DNA from: an uncultured Collinsella sp.
GTDB taxonomy: Bacteria; Actinomycetota; Coriobacteriia; Coriobacteriales; Coriobacteriaceae
DNA: 37,046 bases
Direction of reading: 5' to 3'
Assembly: GCA_900765185.1 (NCBI GenBank)
Contig: CAAFQT010000249.1
Coordinates: 1-37,046, forward strand
Shown: piece after piece, positions 17,937-27,847 of the stretch
Position numbering within the stretch: position 1 is the stretch's first letter
Layout: every line of letters starts with the position of its first letter
The notes under the pieces: generated by a model
Told to the model about the DNA's origin: nothing
The model's input: only the letters and a program-made list of their open reading frames with translations
The model's database searches: none
Position numbers and translations under genes: made by a program

Positions 17937-19128
17937 GACCGCGCTTCGCATGGCGCTGGCGCACCCGTTCTACCTGCTTATCTATACGGTGTTCATCTCG
18001 CTCATGGGCGTATTCATCGCGGCATCGGTGAGCTGGAACTCGTCGCAGCTCACCGAGTACAAGCCCTACGATGCCAACGTGATCGTGGTCGACCGCGACG
18101 ACAGCGACCTTTCGCGTGCGCTTACCAAGCATCTGGGTTCGCGTTTTGAGCTGGTCACGGGCATCGGCGACGATACGTACGATCTTGCGGATGCGCTCTC
18201 CAAGAGCAATAGCGCCAAGGGTAGCGCCGACTGCGTGTTCTTTATCCCAGAGGGGTTTGAGGGCGACCTCGTTGCAGCCGCCCGCTCGGGGGAGTCTCTG
18301 CCCAAGCTCGATGTGACCTACGGCGCCGGCACCATGGCGGCTGCGCTTTCGTCTGCCGAGGCCTCGCGCTGGATCTCGCTCGCGGGCGCTGCGGCGGCAC
18401 TTGAGCCCGCCGCCTCTAACGGCAGCGTCGCCAAGGCCGCCGAGCATGCCGCCGCCAAGCGCGCGGAGGTCGAGATCGATCAGGTCAAGGTCGACTCGAC
18501 TGCCGCCGCTACGCTCGAGTCGTATTTCAACTTTGGTGCGTACGCGATTATCTCGTCGGTCATCGTGTCGGTGGGGCTGGTGTTCTCGGGCATGAACGAG
18601 CCCGAGCGCGTGCGCCGCATGGATGCCAGCCCGGTCTCCGATCGCCAGCGTTCGCTTGCCGTGTTTGCGGCCGCCGCCGTGCTCACCGTCTGTATCTGGT
18701 TTGTGTCGAGCATGGTGGGCGTCGTGGGCTTTGCCGGCGCGGTTGCCGAGGTCGGCGTGGGCCGTGTGTGCCTGGCGCTGGCAGCGACGTTTGCCCTGGC
18801 GTGCACGCCGCTGGCCGTTGGCTTTGCCCTTTCGAGCCTGGGTGCGCGCGAGGAGCTGCTCAACGGTGTGGGCAACCTGCTCGGCATGCTCATGACGTTT
18901 TTGGGCGGCGCCTGGATGCCGCTGTCGCTCATGGGCTCGGCCGTGCAGACGGTGGCGCACTTTGTGCCGACGTATTGGGTGAACGACGCGATCGGCAAGG
19001 CGCTTGCCTCGGATTTGACGTCCGCCGTGCTGGGGGACATCGCCTGCGACCTGGGCGTCACGGTGCTCTTCGCCGTGGCCATCGCCGCCGTAGGCCTCGC
19101 ACTCTCGCGCACCAAATCCCGTGCCTAG
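17923..19128 (+). CDS. ABC-2 exporter permease (second subunit)
   Basis: Same topology; FLGGAWMPL…HFVPTYWVNDA ABC-2 motif; SD GAAGGAG; overlaps the upstream stop. Confidence 0.85.
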   Translation: MSTFKTALRMALAHPFYLLIYTVFISLMGVFIAASVSWNSSQLTEYKPYDANVIVVDRDDSDLSRALTKHLGSRFELVTGIGDDTYDLADALSKSNSAKGSADCVFFIPEGFEGDLVAAARSGESLPKLDVTYGAGTMAAALSSAEASRWISLAGAAAALEPAASNGSVAKAAEHAAAKRAEVEIDQVKVDSTAAATLESYFNFGAYAIISSVIVSVGLVFSGMNEPERVRRMDASPVSDRQRSLAVFAAAAVLTVCIWFVSSMVGVVGFAGAVAEVGVGRVCLALAATFALACTPLAVGFALSSLGAREELLNGVGNLLGMLMTFLGGAWMPLSLMGSAVQTVAHFVPTYWVNDAIGKALASDLTSAVLGDIACDLGVTVLFAVAIAAVGLALSRTKSRA

Positions 19129-19132
19129 CCAC

Positions 19133-19364
19133 CTAGTCATTGGGTACTTATTGGGGACAGACTTAAACGACCAAGAGTGGTCATTGGGGACAGTCTTAAA
19201 CGACCGCCTAGTCATCGGGGGCAGTCTTTGCCGATTCGCCGGCTCGCCGGCCGGGCCGGCAAGGACTGTCCCCATCTGCCGGCAGGAAAGGAACGTCCCT
19301 AACTGCCGGGTGGCGAAAGGGTGTCCCTTGCGGCTAGTCATTTAAGAACGTCCCCAGTGACTAG
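19133..19364. repeat. REP-like cluster 1 (three 29-nt hairpins, one half copy, one ~108-bp composite unit)
   Basis: 29-mers at 19145-19173 (-), 19178-19206 (-) and 19335-19363 (+) with loop TAAGnnYGTCCCC. The composite unit 19209-19316 has internal IR gggggcagtctttgcc / ggcaaggactgtcccc. Confidence 0.85.
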
Positions 19365-19457
19365 TTTGGAAAAAGTTGCGCTCGTCACACAAAAATAGTT
19401 CGCCAAGGTTTACTATTACGTTCATAAAGTAGTACTAGGCTAACAATGGGGGATACC

Positions 19458-20171
<714 letters not shown>

Positions 20172-20179
20172 GCGGCGCC

Positions 20180-22846
20180 ATGACACCTCTCGCAAAACGT
20201 CTCCCGCGCGAGCTGCGCCGCAATATCGGCAAGTACCTGGGCATCTTTTTGCTTATGTGCGGAAGCATCGCCCTGACCTCGGGCTTTTTGCTCGCGGCGC
20301 ATTCCATCGGTTGCCTTATCGACGACATGCGCGATGCGGACACGATTGAGGACGGCCGCGTGACCACCTCCTTCGAGGCCACTAAAGACCAGCTCAAGGC
20401 CGCCGAGGACGCGGCCGACGACGTCGGCGGCGTCACGCTCTACAAGAATTTCTCCATCGACGCCATCATCAAAAAGACCGCCGGCGACGACGGCACCAAG
20501 CGCACGCTGCGCACCTATGCGCACCGCACCAAGGTCGATATCGCGTCCTACTGTGAGGGCAGGGAACCCAAGGCGGACGACGAGGTGGCCATCGATCGAG
20601 TTTTTGCCACCAATAACAACCTGTCCGTGGGCGATAAGGTCGAGCTTGAGGGCCGCACCTACACCATCTGCGGCATCATGACCCAGCCCGATAGCCAGGC
20701 GCTGTTCCTCAACAATTCGGACTTTACGGTGAACACCATCACCTATGGCGTGGCCGAGGTCAGCGACGCCGGCTTTGCCGCGCTCGAGGACGCCGGCGGC
20801 GCACCCGCCTACACCTATTCCTTTACCTTTACCGATCGCGATCTCTCCACTGCAGACCGCATCGATGCCGAGCAGGATATGGTCGAGGCGCTGACCGATG
20901 CCGATGCACGCGTGGATGACCTCATCGACGCCGATTCCAACCAGGGCATTGGCTACGCGCGCGACGACGTAGACGGCGACTCCATGATGTGGATGACGCT
21001 GCTCGACATCATCATCGTGATCATGGCGTTCGTCTTTGTGGTCCTTACCGACGCCACCATCGAGGAGGAGAGCGCCATCATCGGCACGCTGCTCGCCAGC
21101 GGCTATCGTCGACGCGAGATCGTGCTGCACTACCTTGCGCTTCCCGCCATCGTGGGCGTGGTCGCGGCGCTTTTGGGCACTGCGCTCGGCGTCGTGTTCT
21201 TTACCGAGCCCATGCGCAGCCTCTATTACGGCTCGTACAGCCTGCCGCCCTTCCAGGTGTACTGGAGCTGGGAGATCTTTGTGAAGTGCGCCGTGGTTCC
21301 CGCCGCTGCGCTCATTCTCATCACGCTGGTGGGTCTGCTTCGCAAGATGGGCAAGACGCCGTTGCAGTTCCTCCGTCACGAGGCGGGCGGCAAGTCGGGC
21401 ACCAAGCGCGGCCTGCAGCTGCCGGAGCGCATGGGCTTTGTCTCGCGCTTCCGCCTGCGCATCTTCCTGCGTAATCTGGGCAACTTCGCCACGCTTTTCG
21501 TGGGCATTGCGTTTGCCTCGCTGCTACTGCTCTTTGGCCTGGCGATTCTGCCCACGATGACGCACTACGCGGACAACCTCGAGACAAGCCTGGTCGCCGA
21601 GCACCAGTACACGCTCAAGGCCCCGCTGGAACTCGAGGGCACCGCCGAGGAGCGCGAGCAGTGGTCGGCACTCGAGCGTTTGCAGTCGGTTGACGGCGCA
21701 CTGCTTTCTGCCGCTCAGGATGCCGATGACGAGCTTGAGGACGCGGCCGATGCAGCGCAGGCGGCAGCCGATGCCGCGACCGCATCTCCGTCTGCCGAGA
21801 GCCTGGCCGCGGCGCAGGACGCGCTCGCCAAGGTCCAGGACAAGAAGGATGCGCTTTATGCGCGCCTCGATGACCTTGCCGATGCCCTCGGCTGCGACCG
21901 CGACGAGGCTATCGACCTGATCGACAAGGCCTCTAAGATCGACACTGACAACGATGATATCCACCCGGTCAATACGACCGACAACGGCGCGGGCGCAATC
22001 GCGCAGGCCGAGAAATATGCCGTTTACCAGCTGCAATACAACCGCGGCGATGGAAATGGGCAGGAGACGATTTCCGTCTACGGCATCTCGTCCGATTCGC
22101 GCTATTGGAAAGACCTCAACGTTGGTGATGGGCGCGTCGTCTTTGGCGGTGGCCTGCTCGACAAGTTTGGCTGGAGCAAGGGTCAGAAGGTTAAGCTTCG
22201 CGACAAGTACGAGGGCGAGAATTATTCCTTTGAGTACGTGGGCAAGGACTGTGCCTGGGGCTCCAAGTCGGACATGAATATCTATATGAGTATCGACGAC
22301 TTTAACGAACTGTTCGGCAACGACGCCGCCTACTTTAACGGCTATGTGAGCGACGAGAAGCTCGACCTCGATGCTCGTTACTTTGCCGGCGATACCACGC
22401 CCGACGACATGCGGGCCGTGGGCGACCAGTTCATCGGCATGATGAGCAAAATGATCGGAATGATGATCGGGCTCGCGGTGTTTATCTTCCTGCTGTTTAT
22501 GTACCTGCTGACCAAGGCGGTGATCGACCACAGCGCCCGTTCGATCAGCTACATGAAAGTCTTTGGCTATCGCGATAGCGAGATCTCGCATCTGTACATC
22601 CGCTCGATCACGCTGTGCGTGGCGGCGTCGCTCGTGCTGAGCCTGCCGGTCATTATTGGCTCGCTCACGGCCATCTTCCGCTCGATGCTGCTCGCCTACA
22701 ACGGCAATATCGAGATCTACGTGCCCTGGTGGCCCATGGCGGCGTGCGCAGGAATCGGCTTTGCAACCTATCTGGTCGTGGCGTTGCTGCACATGCGTTC
22801 CATCAAACGTGTGGGCCTGGCCGAAGCTCTCAAGGTGCAGGAGTAG
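20180..22846 (+). CDS. FtsX/MacB-family ABC permease with two FtsX domains
   Basis: Two repeats of TM-ectodomain-3TM; IGTLLASGY and ISYMKVFGY FtsX-type motifs; C-terminal LAEALKVQE. Confidence 0.88.
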   Translation: MTPLAKRLPRELRRNIGKYLGIFLLMCGSIALTSGFLLAAHSIGCLIDDMRDADTIEDGRVTTSFEATKDQLKAAEDAADDVGGVTLYKNFSIDAIIKKTAGDDGTKRTLRTYAHRTKVDIASYCEGREPKADDEVAIDRVFATNNNLSVGDKVELEGRTYTICGIMTQPDSQALFLNNSDFTVNTITYGVAEVSDAGFAALEDAGGAPAYTYSFTFTDRDLSTADRIDAEQDMVEALTDADARVDDLIDADSNQGIGYARDDVDGDSMMWMTLLDIIIVIMAFVFVVLTDATIEEESAIIGTLLASGYRRREIVLHYLALPAIVGVVAALLGTALGVVFFTEPMRSLYYGSYSLPPFQVYWSWEIFVKCAVVPAAALILITLVGLLRKMGKTPLQFLRHEAGGKSGTKRGLQLPERMGFVSRFRLRIFLRNLGNFATLFVGIAFASLLLLFGLAILPTMTHYADNLETSLVAEHQYTLKAPLELEGTAEEREQWSALERLQSVDGALLSAAQDADDELEDAADAAQAAADAATASPSAESLAAAQDALAKVQDKKDALYARLDDLADALGCDRDEAIDLIDKASKIDTDNDDIHPVNTTDNGAGAIAQAEKYAVYQLQYNRGDGNGQETISVYGISSDSRYWKDLNVGDGRVVFGGGLLDKFGWSKGQKVKLRDKYEGENYSFEYVGKDCAWGSKSDMNIYMSIDDFNELFGNDAAYFNGYVSDEKLDLDARYFAGDTTPDDMRAVGDQFIGMMSKMIGMMIGLAVFIFLLFMYLLTKAVIDHSARSISYMKVFGYRDSEISHLYIRSITLCVAASLVLSLPVIIGSLTAIFRSMLLAYNGNIEIYVPWWPMAACAGIGFATYLVVALLHMRSIKRVGLAEALKVQE

Positions 22847-23046
22847 TCATCGGGGACAGTCTTTGCCGATTCGCCGGTTCGCCGGCCGTGCTGGCAAGGA
22901 CTGTCCCCAGCTGCCGGCAGGAAAGGAACGTCCCTAGCTGCCAGGTGGCGAGGCACTCATTTAAGTCCGTCCCCAATGAGTGTCTGGGCCTGGCCGAGGC
23001 ACTCAAAGTCCAAGAGTAGTCATTTAAGTCTGTCCCCAATGACTAG
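22844..23046. repeat. REP-like cluster 2 (composite unit, two 29-nt hairpins and a duplicated permease 3' end)
   Basis: 22844-22951 is nearly identical to 19209-19316; hairpins at 22954-22982 and 23017-23045; 22987-23019 re-encodes GLAEALKVQE-stop. Confidence 0.88.
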
Positions 23047-23055
23047 GTGCCGCGC

Positions 23056-23086
23056 TTGACATTAACTCTGCTTTAACTGGTACCAT
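23056..23086 (+). promoter_or_regulatory. Sigma70-type promoter with a 19-bp spacer (MerR-like geometry)
   Basis: TTGACA 23056-23061, 19-nt spacer containing TTAA-N7-TTAA, TACCAT 23081-23086. Confidence 0.55.
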
Positions 23087-23129
23087 CCTCTTATGTCTGT
23101 AACGCCATATAGACCGAGGGGATATATCT

Positions 23130-24335
23130 ATGACCGCAGCCGCACCCGCCGCACCCGCTAAGGTGTACTTCACTAACCTGCGCACGCATGCTCGCGAGAG
23201 CCAGCTCGACAAGCTCAAGCGCCTCATCCGTCACGCCGGTATCGAGCAGATCGACTTTGAGAACAAGTTCGTCGCCATCAAGATTCACTTTGGCGAGCTG
23301 GGCAACCTGAGCTTTTTGCGCCCCAACTACGCCCGCGCCGTCGCGGATGTCGTGAAGGAGCTGGGCGGCAAGCCCTTCCTCACCGACTGCAATACGCTCT
23401 ATGTGGGTAGCCGCAAAAACGCGCTCGAGCACATCGATACCGCCTACCAGAACGGCTTTACCCCGTATGCCACGGGTTGCCAGATCATCATCGCCGACGG
23501 CCTCAAGGGCACCGACGAGGCGCTCGTCCCGGTCGAGGGCGGCGAGTACGTGCACGAGGCAAAGATCGGTCAGGCGCTCATGGATGCCGATATCGTGATC
23601 AGCCTCACCCACTTTAAGGGCCATGAGCAGGCCGGCTTTGGCGGCGCCATGAAGAACCTGGGTATGGGTGGCGGCAGCCGCGCCGGCAAGATGGAGCAGC
23701 ATGCCGCCGGCAAGCCGAACGTCGCGACCGAGCACTGCGTTGGCTGCCATGCCTGCGAAAAGATCTGCGCGCACGACGCTGTCTCGTTCAACGACACCCG
23801 CGAGCGCGAGCTTGCCAGCGGCGCTACTCGCACGGTGCACGTGGCCACCATCGACCACGATCGCTGCGTGGGCTGCGGACGCTGCATTGCGGCATGCAAC
23901 CAGGACTGCATCAAGCCCGGCTATGACGCCGCGGCCGACGTGCTCAACTGCAAGATCGCCGAGTATACAAAGGCCGTTGTCGACGGCCGCCCGAGCTTCC
24001 ACATCTCGCTTGCCATGGACATCAGCCCCAATTGCGATTGCCATCCCGAAAACGACACGCCTATCGTCAACGATATCGGCATGTTTGCGAGCTTCGACCC
24101 GGTCGCCATCGACCAGGCCTGCGCCGATGCCGTCATGGCATCCGAGCCGCTGCCCAACACCGAGCTCACCGATAACGCGGCCAAGATGGAGCACAACCAC
24201 GAGCATCTGGAGGGCGAGCAGGCCAAGGATCCCTTCTGCATCACGCATCCCGACACCGACTGGCGCGTGTGCATCGCGCACGCCGAGAAGATTGGCCTGG
24301 GCACGAGCGAGTATGAGCTCATCGAGGTCAAGTAG
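23130..24335 (+). CDS. DUF362 domain Fe-S protein with two ferredoxin-type motifs
   Basis: KIHFGELGN…TDCNTLY…HFKGH…GGAMKNLGMG; CVGCHACEKIC and CVGCGRCIAAC; SPNCDC; ASFDPVAIDQA. Confidence 0.88.
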   Translation: MTAAAPAAPAKVYFTNLRTHARESQLDKLKRLIRHAGIEQIDFENKFVAIKIHFGELGNLSFLRPNYARAVADVVKELGGKPFLTDCNTLYVGSRKNALEHIDTAYQNGFTPYATGCQIIIADGLKGTDEALVPVEGGEYVHEAKIGQALMDADIVISLTHFKGHEQAGFGGAMKNLGMGGGSRAGKMEQHAAGKPNVATEHCVGCHACEKICAHDAVSFNDTRERELASGATRTVHVATIDHDRCVGCGRCIAACNQDCIKPGYDAAADVLNCKIAEYTKAVVDGRPSFHISLAMDISPNCDCHPENDTPIVNDIGMFASFDPVAIDQACADAVMASEPLPNTELTDNAAKMEHNHEHLEGEQAKDPFCITHPDTDWRVCIAHAEKIGLGTSEYELIEVK

Positions 24336-24382
24336 CGCCTAGCTATTGGACAAAATAAGCGCCTTTATAGCGTAAGTTGAGC

Positions 24383-24421
24383 AAAAGCCGCCCACGAGCA
24401 CAACGCTTGCGGGCGGCTTTT
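24383..24421. terminator. Bidirectional intrinsic terminator between convergent genes
   Basis: aaaagccgccc…gggcggctttt, with an A-tract before and a T-tract after. Confidence 0.75.
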
Positions 24422-24499
24422 CAGAAGTGCGGTGAAAAATCGAATACCGCCGACTACAAACCGATTTTTGGCAACAAAACCCCAGACGTTGCTTTTTGC

Positions 24500-25465
24500 C
24501 TAAAAATTCTTGTCGAGGAAGTTGTCGACCGTGTTCCAGTAGAGCTCGGGATCAACTTGCGCGCTCTTGGCGTGGGTGGCGCCATGGATAGTGAGCTTTT
24601 GCTTGACCTTGCTGGCGCACGCGTCGTAGTTTTGGTCGAGCATGCTGTACGGTACAAAGGTGTCCTGGTCGCCGTGGATAAACAGCATGGGAACCGTCGC
24701 GTGTTTGAGTTGCTCCACACTGCTCGCCTTATGAAAGTCGTAGCCCGCGCGCACGTTACACACCAAGTTTGCTACATCGAGCAAGGGAAAGCTGGGCAGG
24801 CCGAACACGTCCTTGAGCTGCAGAGAAAACTCGTCCCAAACACTCGTATAACCGCAGTCCTCGATAATGCATTTCACGTTTGCGGGCAGAGACTCCCCCG
24901 CGACGTTCATGGCGGTTGCCGCACCCATCGACTCGCCAAAGACCAGGATGCGCGCCTCGGGGTCAGCCTGAACGATTTGCTCGATCCATGCGACGATGTC
25001 GAGGCGCTCGGGCCAGCCCATGCCGATATAGTCGCCGCCGGAGCGCTCGTGGGCGCGGGCGGCGGGTGCGAGTACGTTCATGCCGCGGTCGTGGAATCGC
25101 TTGACGTATCGGGCCATACCGATGGGCTCGTTGGTATATCCATGCAGGCAGACGGCGTAGTCGTGCGTGCTCTCCGACGCAGCAAAATACCAGGCGGCAA
25201 GCTCGGTCCCGTCATCTGCGGTGAGGCTGCTGCTCTCGCGATTCTCTTTAAACCACGCCCGCGCCTCGGTTTCCTCGGCATCCGGCTGCTCACCTTCTTT
25301 GTCGTTCTTGCTATCCTGCATCATCTTCATGGTGTATGGCGCGCGGGGATTCAGCGCGAAGTCAAACAGAAAGTTGCCGGCAAATCCGAGCAGCGCAACG
25401 ACAACCACCAGCGCAACGACGCCGGCTATCTTGAGCTTTCGATGGGAACGTGCGTTTTGAGACAT
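24500..25465 (-). CDS. Membrane-anchored alpha/beta hydrolase (YqkD-like)
   Basis: N-terminal TM, HGY oxyanion motif, nucleophile GESMG, HGDQDTFVP (Asp), GATH (His). Confidence 0.88.
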   Translation of the reverse strand: MSQNARSHRKLKIAGVVALVVVVALLGFAGNFLFDFALNPRAPYTMKMMQDSKNDKEGEQPDAEETEARAWFKENRESSSLTADDGTELAAWYFAASESTHDYAVCLHGYTNEPIGMARYVKRFHDRGMNVLAPAARAHERSGGDYIGMGWPERLDIVAWIEQIVQADPEARILVFGESMGAATAMNVAGESLPANVKCIIEDCGYTSVWDEFSLQLKDVFGLPSFPLLDVANLVCNVRAGYDFHKASSVEQLKHATVPMLFIHGDQDTFVPYSMLDQNYDACASKVKQKLTIHGATHAKSAQVDPELYWNTVDNFLDKNF

Positions 25466-25651
25466 AAGAAGCTTTCCTATAAGATGTTAATACATCAACA
25501 TTTAATGCAAGCGCATTATGGACGTTCGCCGTTGATGCGTCAACAGGCAAAGAATGGGTAAACAAGGGGTCACGTATGGTGCAAACTTCGCACGTACCCA
25601 GACGCTTTGATATAGTGTTGAGAACTCTTTACGTTGGAGGATGTAACCGGC

Positions 25652-26335
25652 ATGTCCGATTCGAGCGACAGTTCTAAGCCGCGACCCAAGACCGCGGCCG
25701 TTCCACACTACACGGTGGGCGAAGAGATCATGAATTCCGTCACCCATGGTGTCGGCTGCCTGCTGGGTATCGCGGGCCTGGTGCTCCTGATCGTATTTGC
25801 CGCTCTTCGCGGTGGCGGTCCGGCGCATATGGCCGCGGCAATCGTCTACGGTGCCAGCATTATTCTCGAATACCTTGCCTCCACGCTCTACCATGCGATT
25901 CAGCCCGCGGGTGCCAAGCGTGTGTTTCGCATTATCGACCACAGCTGCATCTACCTGCTCATTGCCGGCAGCTATACGCCGTTTTGCCTCATCACGCTGG
26001 CAAACGACGGTGGCCCCGTGCTGTTTTTTGCCGTATGGGCCATCGCCATTATCGGCATCGCCCTCGAGTGCTTTTTGCGCGAGCGCCAGCCGCATTGGGT
26101 AAGCGGCCTGGTCTATCTGCTGATGGGCTGGCTCGTCGTCTTTAAGCTGCCCGAGCTCGTGTCGCTGCTCAACCCCGTGGCACTTGCCCTGCTCGCTGTC
26201 GGCGGCGTGTGCTACACCGTGGGCGTGCCGTTCTACATCGCCAAAAACGTGCGTTATCTGCACAGTGTGTTTCACCTGTGGGTGCTCGCCGGCAGTATCT
26301 TCCAGTTCATGGCGGTGATCCTCTTCGTAATCTAG
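25652..26335 (+). CDS. Hemolysin III / PAQR family membrane protein
   Basis: EEIMNSVTHG, STLYH, DHSCIYLLIAGSYTP, HSVFHLWVLAGS; upstream extended -10 TGaTATAGT at 25608-25616. Confidence 0.92.
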   Translation: MSDSSDSSKPRPKTAAVPHYTVGEEIMNSVTHGVGCLLGIAGLVLLIVFAALRGGGPAHMAAAIVYGASIILEYLASTLYHAIQPAGAKRVFRIIDHSCIYLLIAGSYTPFCLITLANDGGPVLFFAVWAIAIIGIALECFLRERQPHWVSGLVYLLMGWLVVFKLPELVSLLNPVALALLAVGGVCYTVGVPFYIAKNVRYLHSVFHLWVLAGSIFQFMAVILFVI

Positions 26336-26449
26336 CGATCGCGTCTGTGCCCGCGGGCCCATCCAAGCGGCCGCCGGGCGCAACTGCCCTATCCACCACC
26401 TACGCTTACTACCTAACGTCCCGAATCTTGGAGGTTCGAGAAACTCCCG

Positions 26450-27823
26450 ATGGACATAACCATCTCCCTTATCACTACCCTCGTTTTGACCCTCATCAAC
26501 GGCTACTTCTCTATGTCCGAGATGGCTCTCACCACGGCCAAGCGCGCCGTGCTGGAGCACGAGGCCGAGGAAGGCGACAAGCGCGCCGAGCGTGCCATTA
26601 AGCTGGCTGCCGATTCCGACCAGCTGCTCGCCACCATCCAGGTCGCCATCACGCTCGTGGGCTTCGCCTCGTCCGCCGTCGCCTCGACGAGCCTGTCCGA
26701 CCCGCTCGCCACATGGCTCATGAGCTTTGGCATCGCGCCGCTCTCCGCCATCGCGCGCGGCCTGGCGCCGGTCATCATCACCGTCGCGGTCGCCTTCGTG
26801 TCCATCGTGATCGGCGAGCTTGTGCCCAAGCGCATCGGCCTGGCCAATGCCGAGGGCGTGTCCAAGCAGGTCGTGGGACCGTTGTCGTTTTTCCAAAAGA
26901 TCGCCCATCCGCTCGTGTGGCTGACTGGCGCTTGCTCCGATGGCCTGGCCCGCATCCTGCGCATCAAGAGTGCCGACGACCGTCAGAACGTCTCTGAAGA
27001 AGAGATCAAGTACATGGTCTCGGAGCAGGACGACCTGCTCGACGAGGAAAAGCGCATGATCCACGAGATCTTCGACCTAGGCGACACCGTTGCCCGCGAG
27101 GTCATGGTGCCGCGCGTGGACACCACCATGTGCGAGGACGACGAGACGGTCGCCAGCGTGCTATCCACCATGCGCCAGACTGGCTTCAGCCGCGTCCCCG
27201 TCTACCACGAGGATCCCGACAACGTGGCGGGTATCGCACATATCAAGGACCTGATCCAGCCCGCGCTCGACGGCAAGGGTGACCAGCCCATCGCCGGCTT
27301 TTTGCGCGACGCCGCCTTTGTGCCCGACACCAAGGACATCCTGCCGCTGCTGTCCGAGATGCAGACCTCGCACGACCAGATCGTGGTGGTCGTGGACGAG
27401 TACGGCGGCACGGCCGGCATCATCACCATCGAGGACATCGTCGAGGAGATCGTGGGCGAGATCGAGGACGAGTTCGACCCCGACAACAAGTACCTCACGC
27501 GCCTTTCGCGCCGCGAGTGGCTCGTCGATGGGCGTTTTTCGTGCGATGACGCGATTGAGCTTGGTTGGCCGCTCGAGGAAAGCGATGATTATGAGACCAT
27601 CGCCGGCTGGATTTTGGAGCTTTGCGACTCGGTGCCCGACATCGGAGAGGTGTTTGAGGTTGCGGGGTACAAGTTTAAAGTGCAGTCGATGCGTGGCCAG
27701 CGCATCTCGCTCATTCGCGTGATCGCTCCGGCCGAAACCGATAAGAAGGATTCCGAGTCTTCGGTAAACGAGCCGACGACGTCGGGTGCGGGTTCCGCGA
27801 ATCCGCACGACGGCGACGAGTAG
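26450..27823 (+). CDS. HlyC/CorC (CNNM/DUF21 + CBS pair + CorC_HlyC) transporter
   Basis: NGYFSMSEMAL, LATIQVAIT, GELVPKRIG, REVMVPR, FSRVPVY, VVDEYGGTAGIITIEDIVEEIVGEIEDEFD. Confidence 0.93.
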   Translation: MDITISLITTLVLTLINGYFSMSEMALTTAKRAVLEHEAEEGDKRAERAIKLAADSDQLLATIQVAITLVGFASSAVASTSLSDPLATWLMSFGIAPLSAIARGLAPVIITVAVAFVSIVIGELVPKRIGLANAEGVSKQVVGPLSFFQKIAHPLVWLTGACSDGLARILRIKSADDRQNVSEEEIKYMVSEQDDLLDEEKRMIHEIFDLGDTVAREVMVPRVDTTMCEDDETVASVLSTMRQTGFSRVPVYHEDPDNVAGIAHIKDLIQPALDGKGDQPIAGFLRDAAFVPDTKDILPLLSEMQTSHDQIVVVVDEYGGTAGIITIEDIVEEIVGEIEDEFDPDNKYLTRLSRREWLVDGRFSCDDAIELGWPLEESDDYETIAGWILELCDSVPDIGEVFEVAGYKFKVQSMRGQRISLIRVIAPAETDKKDSESSVNEPTTSGAGSANPHDGDE

Positions 27824-27847
27824 GGCAAGGAAGAGTAGGGGAGAGTT

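Noticed and set aside
15729..17951. 740-aa antisense ORF, and similar long antisense ORFs at 2317-3633, 17806-19341, 25502-27064, 27161-28984 and 30071-31426
   Set aside because: They overlap well-supported genes on the opposite strand, which is typical of high-GC DNA.
19133..19364. Possible CRISPR array (29-nt repeats)
   Set aside because: The repeats are in mixed orientation with irregular spacing, have no unique spacers of constant length, and no cas genes are present.
19411..19436. Palindromic operator upstream of the MacB-type ATPase (tactatt…aagtagta)
   Set aside because: The dyad is weak and lies in AT-rich promoter DNA, which is not enough to call a site.
22615..23019. 134-aa ORF ending in GLAEALKVQE as a real gene, or a DGR-like template/variable repeat pair
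   Set aside because: The ORF is out of frame with the permease and runs through REP DNA. The duplicate is only ~33 bp, the differences are all synonymous and not adenine-specific, and no reverse transcriptase is present.
25652..27823. Hemolysin / virulence locus
   Set aside because: HlyIII/PAQR and HlyC/CorC are widespread membrane and Mg2+-homeostasis families; the names are historical.
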